35,499 nt of DNA from a virus (IMGVR_UViG_3300027956_000026:1-35499), one strand, 5' to 3'; positions 8,391 to 19,268 are shown, counted from the first letter of the stretch. Numbers and translations are program-made. Notes: generated from the letters alone by a model not told the origin.

Positions 8391-8524
8391 TTGAGGGTCT
8401 CCAAGTATTGGGCGACGGTTCGCCCCATTAAAAAAGCATGCTCGGCGCTTGGCATGTCAATTGGCGCGCCGTCGGTTGCATCGGCCAGGTCTATTAGCCA
8501 CTGCCAGAATTCTTTTACTCGCAT
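8387..8524 (-). CDS. Hypothetical 45-aa protein
   Basis: Manual translation MRVKEFWQWLIDLADATDG...YLETLK fills the gap and overlaps both neighbours. Confidence 0.55.
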   Translation of the reverse strand: MRVKEFWQWLIDLADATDGAPIDMPSAEHAFLMGRTVAQYLETLK

Positions 8525-8727
8525 GGGATGAAATCCTGCAGGTTAGCGCGCATCACCGAATAAGGCCCGGTTTTGAATAGCGCGTAATATTGGAAATAAA
8601 TTTCCCTTAATTCCACGGGTTTACCCTTATAAGTACCCTTGGCGCCGGGCTTTGGCCAGTCCTCCCGCGTGGGGTACCGGTCCGGCCGTGGATCGTGCTT
8701 ATATCCTGGAATTGGTGATTCGATCAT
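8515..8727 (-). CDS. Hypothetical 70-aa protein
   Basis: Start at ATG 8727, in ATGA overlap with the upstream stop. Confidence 0.65.
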   Translation of the reverse strand: MIESPIPGYKHDPRPDRYPTREDWPKPGAKGTYKGKPVELREIYFQYYALFKTGPYSVMRANLQDFIPCE

Positions 8728-9377
8728 ATGGCCACCTTCATCATGATGACTTTGGCCATTTTGCGGCCGTGGGCAGGGTAGCAAATCAAATCGATTGACT
8801 TGTCCCAGCACGCGCGGCACCCTGAACACTTGCCGTCATGCTCATACGCGCGGCACAGTGACGCGCCAGCGTGATCTTGGAAGGTGTTAGCGCTTGGACC
8901 GATAACGGAGCCATGCAGGCCAGGGATATATTCGCCCGTAATGCTATCGGCCGAAAATCGCACGCTCACGTTATCCAGCGCTTTCATTTGGTTCAGCACC
9001 ATGCGAAATTTTGGGAATTTATGCATTCTTGTCGGTAACCAGTGACGGCACCAAGGCGTGCGTTGCATAACCTCGAGCACCTTTTCCGCCAGGGCAAGCG
9101 AGTAAAGGTCTCCGCTATCGAGCCATCGAAAATAACGGTCCTTTTCCAATTCTTGCACCATGTCATCAACCCATTCGATGCGCTGCCAGTCCAGGCGATT
9201 AAATTCCCTAGGCGCTTTCACATTCGCAAATACGTATTTCCCGGTTGTCGCATAACAGCCCTTGCATGCGTCAACTAGCACGCCTGGCGACTCGATCGAG
9301 CCAGGGCAGGTGTCCAGCGCCTGCAGGGACCAGGACCGGATTCCATCTAGCTTGGAAGTGACTGAAATTTTTGGCAT
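8724..9377 (-). CDS. Gp88-like Fe-S / radical-SAM-like protein
   Basis: WSL...TCPG...ACKGCYA, YFRWLDSGD, HWLPTR, VRFS and C-terminal C...CSGCRACW. Confidence 0.75.
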   Translation of the reverse strand: MPKISVTSKLDGIRSWSLQALDTCPGSIESPGVLVDACKGCYATTGKYVFANVKAPREFNRLDWQRIEWVDDMVQELEKDRYFRWLDSGDLYSLALAEKVLEVMQRTPWCRHWLPTRMHKFPKFRMVLNQMKALDNVSVRFSADSITGEYIPGLHGSVIGPSANTFQDHAGASLCRAYEHDGKCSGCRACWDKSIDLICYPAHGRKMAKVIMMKVAI

Positions 9378-9387
9378 GTTTTGCCCC

Positions 9388-9483
9388 TTATTTAGTGAGT
9401 ACGTCGAAGTAGGCCAGCGCCAGCGCGGCCAGCGCCAGGCCGATAGCGACGGCCGCCAGGATATCTAAGATTTGGTTTTTCAT
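9388..9483 (-). CDS. 31-aa single-pass membrane peptide
   Basis: MKNQILDILAAVAIGLALAALALAYFDVLTK with TAAGGT RBS; first gene of the leftward operon. Confidence 0.6.
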   Translation of the reverse strand: MKNQILDILAAVAIGLALAALALAYFDVLTK

Positions 9484-9579
9484 GGTGGACCTTACTGTGG
9501 TAAATGCTGCAATTGTTTTGCAGTGATGCTAGTGTAAACGATTTCCGCCCACTATTTTCTAGGGGTTTACCCTTAGTGT

Positions 9580-9870
9580 TAGTAGCGTGATAGTAGCGCG
9601 TAGTCGCGCGCATGACTACGCGCCAGCCCAATAGGCATGCGGGTTTCAAGAGATGTTAGTCATGTAGTCATTTATTTGTTAGATGTTAGAGAATAAATAT
9701 ATGTATATAGGCGAAAACGGCCAAGAACACCCGCACGCCACCGACGTCGCCATGCAGCATAAGACCGGCAAAAAAATATGACTACATGACTAACAATGCC
9801 CGCAAGCCCCTATTCATGCGGGTTTCGCGTAGTTTTGGCATGGGTACACGTGACTACGCTTGACTACACT
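9580..9870. repeat. Iteron and inverted-repeat array, putative replication origin
   Basis: Perfect 18-bp inverted repeat (9654-9671 / 9778-9795) around an AT-rich core; 10-bp hairpin 9596-9623; CATGCGGGTTTC at 9636 and 9815; several TGACTAC units. Confidence 0.65.
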
Positions 9871-9881
9871 AGAATCGGGCC

Positions 9882-10088
9882 ATGCCAAGACCGTGCAAGC
9901 TAGATACCGTCAATTTTTTCCGGCGCATCAAAGATGATGAGCGCGCCGTATTGTTGGCGGCTGGTGCTGGTGACTTGTCCGAAGGGTTTAAAAATCTTCT
10001 GGCTATTTATACAGTGCTGCACAATGCCGGGTTTCGCCCGGGCGATAATATCGAAGACCTATTAATAATTGCTAACGATACTGAATAA
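9882..10088 (+). CDS. Small protein, possibly DNA-binding
   Basis: 68-aa ORF; TAGAAT lies 6 nt before the ATG with no SD, so possibly leaderless; MPRP start. Confidence 0.55.
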   Translation: MPRPCKLDTVNFFRRIKDDERAVLLAAGAGDLSEGFKNLLAIYTVLHNAGFRPGDNIEDLLIIANDTE

Positions 10089-10153
10089 TCAATAGCCTTT
10101 AGCTATCGCGCCAGGTATGGCCAAAAAGGTGCCACAGCCCCTCTCGCTATTTA

Positions 10154-10276
10154 CTTCAAGCCTAAAGCATATTGCTTCAAGCCTCAAGCAGTTTGCAGTT
10201 AGTTAGTTGGCACTCACTCGCAGGCATAAGTTAGTGAGCACGTACCAACGAGCTGATTGATGGGGGGGGGGAGGGG
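10154..10276. repeat. Short direct repeats and G-tract upstream of terS (putative packaging/terminus region)
   Basis: CTTCAAGCCTMAAGCA x2 (10154, 10175); AGTTAGT..GCAC x2 (10201, 10229); G10-A-G4 (10262-10276). Confidence 0.5.
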
Positions 10277-10414
10277 TCTGGCTTCGGGCAAAAAGTTACA
10301 GGTGCCCCCAACCCTCTGAAAAAGGGAATTCGAGACTTCAGGCTCGAACGACTCCCGGCTAGAAGAAAAATAACTATTTGACCTACAATCGCGCTAACTT
10401 CCTAAGGGGTAAAA

Positions 10415-10777
10415 GTGGAACAGAAAAAACGCGGGCGACCGCTCAAGATGACGATCCAGAGGTACGCAGAGAATCCGCCTGCGATCTTGCCGAAGACGGA
10501 TCACCAACGCATCAAGGAGCTCAAAGAGCTGATGATCCGCTCTGGCGGCAAGGATGTCGCGGAGAAGGTGATCCAGATTGCGTTGAACGACGACCACCCA
10601 GGTCAGATGGCGGCGCTGAAGATGTGCATGGACCGGACGCTGCCAATCGGCATGTTCGAGAAGGACAAGAACCAGCGCAGCGCGATCACGATCAACATCA
10701 CTGGTCTTGGCGAAGCGCCGGTAACCGTTGGTGAAAATACCGCCGAAGATGTAGAATATAGACAAGCCGACTCGTAA
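10415..10777 (+). CDS. terS: Terminase small subunit (probable)
   Basis: KKRGRP basic N-terminus, helical core, ITINITG C-terminal strand; lies upstream of terL; GTG start with AAGGGG RBS. Confidence 0.65.
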   Translation: MEQKKRGRPLKMTIQRYAENPPAILPKTDHQRIKELKELMIRSGGKDVAEKVIQIALNDDHPGQMAALKMCMDRTLPIGMFEKDKNQRSAITINITGLGEAPVTVGENTAEDVEYRQADS

Positions 10778-10842
10778 GAGCTTTCACCGCGTTCTGGGGT
10801 GCGCGTGGCTTAACACCCCAATCCTTCTGAAAGAGGAAATCA

Positions 10843-11391
10843 ATGCTTCAACTTCTATGCAACGCCTGCAAAGGCGAATTCCCCGCGTCCAGCTTTCACA
10901 AAGCTGCGACCACAACCCGTGGCTATCAGTACAAGTGCAAAGCGTGCGTGTCTATTACGGATAAGTCACCAACACCTGAAGCGCGGCTGCGAAAACTGGA
11001 AAAGCTCAAAGAATGGGTGGTGGGAAATCCAGATAAGCGCAGAGAACAAAAGCGCAGACACTACGAAAAGCACAAAGACCGAATCGACCAGAGAGCAAAA
11101 GAGTGGTACGACAGCAACAAAGATCGGCATGTCCACAATGCGCTTTTGCGAAAATACGGCGTAACGCTTGAGCAGTACAATTTGCTCAGGGCGCAGCAAG
11201 GCTTCTGCTGCGCTATTTGCAACGACCACGAAGATTCCGTAGGGAAAAAGATGTTCGTTGACCACGACCACGTAACCGGAAAAATCCGAAAATTACTGTG
11301 CACGAAGTGCAATGTCGGAATTGGCATGTTGAAAGACAACCCTGACATCATGGAGCGTGCGGCCAAGTACTTAAGGGACCACAATGGCTGA
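10843..11391 (+). CDS. Free-standing endonuclease VII-like (His-Me finger) homing endonuclease
   Basis: N-terminal CxxC...CKAC; KYGVTLEQY...QGFCCAIC...VDHDHVTGKIRKLLCTKCNVGIG. Confidence 0.88.
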   Translation: MLQLLCNACKGEFPASSFHKAATTTRGYQYKCKACVSITDKSPTPEARLRKLEKLKEWVVGNPDKRREQKRRHYEKHKDRIDQRAKEWYDSNKDRHVHNALLRKYGVTLEQYNLLRAQQGFCCAICNDHEDSVGKKMFVDHDHVTGKIRKLLCTKCNVGIGMLKDNPDIMERAAKYLRDHNG

Positions 11392-12640
11392 TTTATCGTT
11401 CGCCCTCCTGCCTTGGCAAGAGCAAGTTTTCAAAGACAAAACCCGATTCAAGGTTGTTGCCGCAGGGCGGCGCTGTGGAAAGTCGCGGCTGTCGGCAATT
11501 ACATTGCTCATCGAGGGGCTGCGCTGCCCGCAAGGGTCGGCGGTCTTGTACGTCAGCCCGACAATGGGGCAGAGCCGTCAGATCTTCTGGGACCTGTTGT
11601 TGGATTTGGGCCGCGATGTGATTCAAAGCAGCCACGTCAACAACCTGGACATCACCCTGATTAACGGCGCAAGGATTTATGTGCGCGGGGCAGACCGACC
11701 GGACACGCTGCGCGGTGTGTCGTTGACCTACGCCGTACTCGATGAGGTGGCGGACATTAAGCCAGAGGCGTGGGAACAAGTTATCAGGGCGTCGCTGTCC
11801 GATAAGAAAGGTCGCGGGCTATTTATTGGGTCGCCAAAGGGTCGCAACTGGTTCCATGATTTGTGGAAATTGGGGCAGGACGAGCAAGACAGCGACTGGA
11901 AGAGCTGGCACTTCACCACGCAGGACAACCCGCTGATCGACCCGACGGAGATCGAGTCGGCGAAAAAGACCCTTTCCAGCTTTGCGTTCAAGCAGGAATA
12001 CCTGGCCAGCTTCTCGAACGCTGGCGCAGACGTGTTCAAAGAGGAGTGGCTGAAATACGGCGAGGAGCCAGAGCACGGTAGCTACTACGTGGCGGTGGAC
12101 TTGGCTGGGTTTGAGGAAGTGGCCAAGCAAGCGGCTAATAGTAAGAAGCGGCTCGATGAGTCGTCGATTGCGGTTGTGAAGGTGACGGACGACGGCATGT
12201 GGTTTGTCAAAGAGATTCAGCACGGGCGCTGGGACATCAGGGCCACGGCCTCCAAGATACTGATGGTGATGCGCGACTACAGGCCGCTATCCATTGGTAT
12301 TGAGAGGGGGGCGCTCAAGAATGCGGTGCTGCCGTATTTGTCGGACCTGATGAGGAAGAACAACGTCTACAGCCACATCGTGGACCTGACGCATGGCAAC
12401 CGAAAGAAGACTGATAGAATCATTTGGTCGTTGCAGGGCCGGTTCGAGCATGGCAGAATCGTGCTCAACCGCGAAGAAGACTGGGATGTGTTCGTGGACC
12501 AGCTCTTGATGTTCCCGTCGCAGGGCGTCCACGACGACCTGCCGGATGCGCTGTCCTACATCGATCAGTTGGCTGTCACCAGCTACTTTGAAGAAGCGGA
12601 CGACGATTGGGAGCCCCTCGATATCGTGAGTGGCTGTTGA
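11384..12640 (+). CDS. terL: Terminase large subunit
   Basis: Walker A AGRRCGKS, Walker B AVLDE, GSPKG coupling motif, nuclease VDLAG and HDDLPDAL. Confidence 0.95.
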   Translation: MADLSFALLPWQEQVFKDKTRFKVVAAGRRCGKSRLSAITLLIEGLRCPQGSAVLYVSPTMGQSRQIFWDLLLDLGRDVIQSSHVNNLDITLINGARIYVRGADRPDTLRGVSLTYAVLDEVADIKPEAWEQVIRASLSDKKGRGLFIGSPKGRNWFHDLWKLGQDEQDSDWKSWHFTTQDNPLIDPTEIESAKKTLSSFAFKQEYLASFSNAGADVFKEEWLKYGEEPEHGSYYVAVDLAGFEEVAKQAANSKKRLDESSIAVVKVTDDGMWFVKEIQHGRWDIRATASKILMVMRDYRPLSIGIERGALKNAVLPYLSDLMRKNNVYSHIVDLTHGNRKKTDRIIWSLQGRFEHGRIVLNREEDWDVFVDQLLMFPSQGVHDDLPDALSYIDQLAVTSYFEEADDDWEPLDIVSGC

Positions 12641-12658
12641 CCTAAAAAGGGCAAAAAG

Positions 12659-14674
12659 ATGGCAGATTTAGACCAAAACGAGTACGAGCAGCCATCTCAG
12701 GCCGACAAGGACTTGACCGCATTTGTCGTTAACCACTGCGACAAGTGGCGGGACTACCGCAATGCGAACTTCATGACTAAATATCTGGAGTACGAGCGTA
12801 TTTTCCGTGGTGAATGGGCAGCAGAAGACAAAACGCGAGAGTCTGAGCGGTCCAGAATCGTGACTCCGGCCACCCAACAGGCTGTGGAGACCCGGCACGC
12901 GGAGATCATGGAAGCGATCTTCGGCCAGGGTGAGTTTTTCGACATCCAAGATGACTTGCAAGACATCAACGGCAGCCCGTTGGACGTGGGTATGCTCAAA
13001 GCGCAGCTCATGGAGGACTTCAAGCAGGACAAAATCCGCAAAGCGATTGATCAGATCGAGCTGATGGCTGAAATCTACGGCACGGGCATTGGCGAGATCG
13101 TTGTCAAGACGGAAAAGGTGTTCGAGCCCGCAACGCAGGCGATTCCAGGCCAGATGGGCCAAGCGGCCATTGGCGTGGTTGAGAAAAGCCGGATTGCGGT
13201 CAAGATCATGCCCGTCAACCCCAAGAATTTCTTGTTTGACCCCAACGGCACGTCTATCGACGACTGCATGGGCGTGGCGATTGAGAAGTATGTGGGCATC
13301 CACAAGATCGTTGAAGGCATGGAAAACGGCATTTACCGCAAGGTGGATATCGGTTCGGCCTCCGAGGACACTGATCTGGAGCCCACGCAAGAGGTCACGC
13401 AGTACCGCGACGAAAAAGTGCTCTTGCTCACGTACTACGGCCTAGTCCCGAAGGAGTTGCTCGACGAAGACGCCGATGTGGTCGAGCTGTTCCCCGAGGA
13501 CTCGCAGGCTGACACGTATTCGAACATGGTGGAGGCGATTGTCGTGATCGCCAACGACGGTGTGCTGCTCAAAGCCGAGGCGAACCCTTACATGATGAAG
13601 GACCGCCCGATCATCAGCTACCAAGACGACACGGTGCCCAACCGCCTGCTCGGCCGTGGCACGGTGGAGAAGTCTTACAACATGCAAAAGGCGATTGACG
13701 CCCAGGTGCGCAGCCACTTGGACTCGCTGGCGCTGACAACCTCACCCATGATGGGCATGGACGCCACCCGACTGCCACGCGGCGCTCGGTTTGAGGTCAA
13801 GCCAGGCAAAGCGTTCATGGTCAACGGCAACCCGGCTGAGATTTTGTACCCGTTCAAGTTCGGCGAGACGAGTCTGAACAACCTGAACACGGCCAAAGAG
13901 TTTGAGCGGATGCTTTTGCAAGCCACTGGCACGCTGGACTCACAGGGCATGGTCACGCAAGGCAACCGCGACGGTGCGGGTATGAGCATGGCCGTGGCCA
14001 CGGTGATTAAGAAGTACAAGCGCACGCTGGTGAACTTCCAAGAGGATTTCTTGATCCCGTTCATCAAAAAAGCGGCGTTCCGGTACATGCAGTTCGACCC
14101 TGAGCGCTATCCGAGCGTGGACATGAAGTTCGTGCCGACAGCCACTCTGGGCATCATTGCCCGCGAGTACGAGCAGCAGCAGTTCATTGGTTTGCTCCAG
14201 ACTCTGGGTCCAGACACTCCGGTGCTGCCTCTGATCTTGAAGGGCATTTTGAACAACTCCAGCCTGACCAACCGATACGAGCTGATGGCAGCGCTCGACC
14301 AGATGAGCCAGCCAGACCCACAAGCTGCGCAAATGCAGCAGGCCCAGCAGCAACTGGCCATGCAAGCGGCGCAGGCTCAGATCGCGGTCAACACCACCCA
14401 GGCCGAGCAGAACCGGGCAGAGGCGCAGAAGCTGATGACCGAGGCGCAGCTCATGCCGCAGGAAGTGCAGGCCAAGGTGATCTCGGCAACAACGAAAAAT
14501 TTGCCTGCGGGCAACGAGTCGGTTGAGTTCGACAAACGGGTCAAGATTGCCGAGTTGATGCTCAAGGAAGAGGACATCAAGAACAAAGGCAAGATCGTCG
14601 AGATGCAGATGGCCGACAAAGCCAATCAAAGCAAAAAGGACGAGGACTTCCTTAAAAGCATCATAGGCGACTGA
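12659..14674 (+). CDS. Portal protein
   Basis: 671 aa directly after terL; GTGIGEI, GRGTVE motifs; Gln-rich coiled-coil C-terminus like P22-type portals. Confidence 0.9.
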   Translation: MADLDQNEYEQPSQADKDLTAFVVNHCDKWRDYRNANFMTKYLEYERIFRGEWAAEDKTRESERSRIVTPATQQAVETRHAEIMEAIFGQGEFFDIQDDLQDINGSPLDVGMLKAQLMEDFKQDKIRKAIDQIELMAEIYGTGIGEIVVKTEKVFEPATQAIPGQMGQAAIGVVEKSRIAVKIMPVNPKNFLFDPNGTSIDDCMGVAIEKYVGIHKIVEGMENGIYRKVDIGSASEDTDLEPTQEVTQYRDEKVLLLTYYGLVPKELLDEDADVVELFPEDSQADTYSNMVEAIVVIANDGVLLKAEANPYMMKDRPIISYQDDTVPNRLLGRGTVEKSYNMQKAIDAQVRSHLDSLALTTSPMMGMDATRLPRGARFEVKPGKAFMVNGNPAEILYPFKFGETSLNNLNTAKEFERMLLQATGTLDSQGMVTQGNRDGAGMSMAVATVIKKYKRTLVNFQEDFLIPFIKKAAFRYMQFDPERYPSVDMKFVPTATLGIIAREYEQQQFIGLLQTLGPDTPVLPLILKGILNNSSLTNRYELMAALDQMSQPDPQAAQMQQAQQQLAMQAAQAQIAVNTTQAEQNRAEAQKLMTEAQLMPQEVQAKVISATTKNLPAGNESVEFDKRVKIAELMLKEEDIKNKGKIVEMQMADKANQSKKDEDFLKSIIGD

Positions 14675-15221
14675 TGGACATCAAGAAAATCTTGCTGTCC
14701 GGGGCCTCCGTTGAGGCCAAGCTGACGGCTATCGCTATCCTCTTGGGCAAAGAACTGCCCAAGCTGGAGAGCCACGTCGATCAGGTCAAAAAGCTGCAAG
14801 GACCGCAAGGCGAACGTGGCGCGGATGGTAAAAACGGCGCTAACGGTAAGAGTGGGGCTGACGGTCGCGACGGCAAAGATGGCCGTGACGGCAAGGACGG
14901 TGTTGACGGAGAGGACGGCGATACAGGCATCTCTATCGTAGGCGCTAAGATCGACTTCGACGGCTCCTTGGTCTTGACGTTTTCTGATGGCACTGTCACC
15001 AACGTCGGTGAAGTCGTTGGCGAGCGCGGCGCGGCTGGCTTGTCAGGGCCTGCGGGTCCTCCGGGAGCCGATGGCGGTGCTGGGGTTCCAGTTTACATGG
15101 ACCCAAATGAGGTATTCACGGTAAAAAAGAACAAGCAAGCGCTGTTCACGCAAGAAATTCAAATGGAAGCAGGCGCTGTTATCATTTTTGAACAACGCAG
15201 TGTTTTACTTGAGGTCACATA

Positions 15222-15222
<1 letters not shown>
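14674..15222 (+). CDS. Short collagen-like protein
   Basis: Charged G-X-Y run (GKD/GRD), a [18 protein letters not shown] domain and a second G-X-Y run. Confidence 0.8.
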
Positions 15223-17147
<1,925 letters not shown>

Positions 17148-17156
17148 GGAGCAATC

Positions 17157-17456
17157 ATGGCAATCCAACTCGACCTTTCAACCTCTCAGTACGGCGTTCC
17201 TTTTGCGGGGGCTTACTTCCGTGTAGTGACTGCCGCAGTCAGTCGCACCCGTGATGCAGACAACCGCCACAGCGTGATGCTGGATGTGGTGGGCTATGCG
17301 ACACAACCACAGGACGATGACACTCGTGATGTGGATTTTCGCCGATACCACTGCCCACTGAGCGAAGTGGAAGCGCAAACAGGAGATAACTTCCTCACCA
17401 AGTGCTACGCATGGGTCATGGCCCAAGCAGACATGGCTGGATCGCAAGCTGTTTGA
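17157..17456 (+). CDS. Hypothetical protein, possible fibre chaperone
   Basis: AGGAG RBS; 99 aa immediately after the fibre gene. Confidence 0.7.
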   Translation: MAIQLDLSTSQYGVPFAGAYFRVVTAAVSRTRDADNRHSVMLDVVGYATQPQDDDTRDVDFRRYHCPLSEVEAQTGDNFLTKCYAWVMAQADMAGSQAV

Positions 17457-17459
17457 CGC

Positions 17460-18506
17460 ATGAAAATAGCCGTCTACGCCATCAGCAAGAACGAGGGACA
17501 GTTTGTTCAGCGTTTCTGTGACTCTGCCAAAGATGCAGATTTGATTCTGATTGCGGATACTGGCTCGACCGACAACACACAAGCCCTTGCCATTAATTGC
17601 GGGGCAGTTGTTCACGAAATCTGCGTCAAGCCTTGGCGCTTTGACAAGGCCCGAGACACGGCGCTTGCACTGCTACCATCCGACATCGACATCTGCATTG
17701 CGTTGGATTTAGACGAGGTGCTTGAGCCGGGGTGGAGGCAAGAGGTTGAAAGGCTTTGGGCAGAAGGAACAACCCGGCTACGCTACAAGTTTGATTGGAG
17801 CAACGGCGTTGTGTTTCACAGCGACAAGATACACCACCGGCACGGCTACCATTGGCATCACCCAATCCATGAAGCCATTCGTGCTGATGCCAGAGTGCCC
17901 GAGGTTTACGCTCACACAGACATGCTGCTGGTAAGCCACCACCCTGACGAAACAAAGTCGCGTAGCCAGTACCTACCGTTGTTGGAGTTGGCGGTCAAAG
18001 AAGACCCGCACTGCCATCGTAATGCGTTTTACTACGCCAGAGAACTGACGTTTTACGCGCAGTGGCAACAGGCTATTCCAGCCCTCAAAAAGTACTTGGC
18101 AATGCCGCAAGCAAGCTGGAGCCATGAGCGATGCTATGCCATGAGGCTGTTGGGCAAGTCGCACGAAAGCCTAGGCGAGATCAAAGAAGCTGCGAAGTGG
18201 TATCAGGGCGCTTGCCTTGAAGAACCGAACACCCGTGAGCCGTGGGTAGATTACGCCATGTTCTGCTACAACACCCATGATTGGGAGACTTGCTACTTTG
18301 CAGCAAACAGGGCGCTCAAAATTACTCAAAAGCTAGAGGTCTACACGATGGACCCGGCTGCATGGTCTGACAAGCCTCATGACCTTTGCAGCATTGCGGC
18401 TTGGCATTTAGGTTTCAAAGACAAAGCCCGCCGCGAATTGGAAGAGGCTTTAAAATTCAAGCCTACCGACGCCCGGCTACTTGCCAACAAGGAACTGATG
18501 AGATGA
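17460..18506 (+). CDS. GT2 glycosyltransferase with TPR-like C-terminus
   Basis: KIAVYAISKNE, DTGSTDNT, FDKARD, LDLDE (DXD motif), IHE; helical repeats follow. Confidence 0.9.
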   Translation: MKIAVYAISKNEGQFVQRFCDSAKDADLILIADTGSTDNTQALAINCGAVVHEICVKPWRFDKARDTALALLPSDIDICIALDLDEVLEPGWRQEVERLWAEGTTRLRYKFDWSNGVVFHSDKIHHRHGYHWHHPIHEAIRADARVPEVYAHTDMLLVSHHPDETKSRSQYLPLLELAVKEDPHCHRNAFYYARELTFYAQWQQAIPALKKYLAMPQASWSHERCYAMRLLGKSHESLGEIKEAAKWYQGACLEEPNTREPWVDYAMFCYNTHDWETCYFAANRALKITQKLEVYTMDPAAWSDKPHDLCSIAAWHLGFKDKARRELEEALKFKPTDARLLANKELMR

Positions 18507-19003
18507 GCACGATTGACAAGACTGACGCACGGCTGTCCAAACTCAAAGAGTACCTGTCTTACGATCCAGATACGGGTGTTTTTTCTTGCATAAAACCTTC
18601 TGGAAAAAGGAAGGTCGGCGATTTAGTTGGAACAATTAACGGTCGCTATTTGCAAATTGGGTTTGGAATGCAACGTGAGCGAGCGCATCGTTTGGCTTGG
18701 TTGTATGTGCATGGTGAAATGCCCAAAGTCATTGATCACATCAACGGAAATGGGCTAGACAATAGACTGTGCAATTTGCGAAATGTAAGCCAACAAGAAA
18801 ACGTGCAAAATTACAGGAATGTTCCAGCGCACAACAGCACGGGGTATTTGGGAGTTTCATACTACAAAGCGGGTAAAAAGTTTTCTGCTTGCGTAAGCAA
18901 CAACTACAAAAAAATTCACCTTGGGTATTTTGACAATCCTGAGACCGCGCACCAAGCATATTTAACTGCAAAAAGAAAGTTGCACACATCATGCACGATC
19001 TAG
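18503..19003 (+). CDS. HNH homing endonuclease with AP2-like DNA-binding C-terminus
   Basis: LSYDPDTG, AHRLAWLYVHG, IDHINGNGLDNRLCNLR, STGYLGVS, HLGYF; AT-rich relative to flanking genes. Confidence 0.9.
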   Translation: MSTIDKTDARLSKLKEYLSYDPDTGVFSCIKPSGKRKVGDLVGTINGRYLQIGFGMQRERAHRLAWLYVHGEMPKVIDHINGNGLDNRLCNLRNVSQQENVQNYRNVPAHNSTGYLGVSYYKAGKKFSACVSNNYKKIHLGYFDNPETAHQAYLTAKRKLHTSCTI

Positions 19004-19005
19004 AT

Positions 19006-19179
19006 ATGATTTCTTCAACAGAATCACGCTTTAACGCTCATGAAATGGTTTGCGCTGAAAGGTACGAGCAGATCAACGCCAGGTTAAAACGCATTGAGGG
19101 CATCATGCTCAAGACCGCTGGCGTGATGCTTCTGTCTATGGCCGGGACGATTTTCTCGGCTGTGTGGGTACTCAAATGA
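19006..19179 (+). CDS. Small coiled-coil plus transmembrane protein of the lysis region
   Basis: HEMVCAERYEQINARLKRIE followed by a C-terminal TM helix; ATG 18991 is an alternative start. Confidence 0.7.
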   Translation: MISSTESRFNAHEMVCAERYEQINARLKRIEGIMLKTAGVMLLSMAGTIFSAVWVLK

Positions 19180-19268
19180 AAGACTGGGCCGTTAGCTTCA
19201 TCGCTGCGGCCCTTCTGGTCGGGCTTGTCATCTATTGCGCCAAGGTGTTCATTTGGGCGATGTCATGA
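19176..19268 (+). CDS. 30-aa membrane peptide
   Basis: MKDWAVSFIAAALLVGLVIYCAKVFIWAMS; ATGA-coupled at both ends. Confidence 0.55.
   Translation: MKDWAVSFIAAALLVGLVIYCAKVFIWAMS

Noticed and set aside
9580-10276. CRISPR array or transposon ends
   Set aside because: Repeats are short, mixed in orientation and lack regular unique spacers; no transposase. The Cas4-like gene is an ordinary phage replication nuclease.
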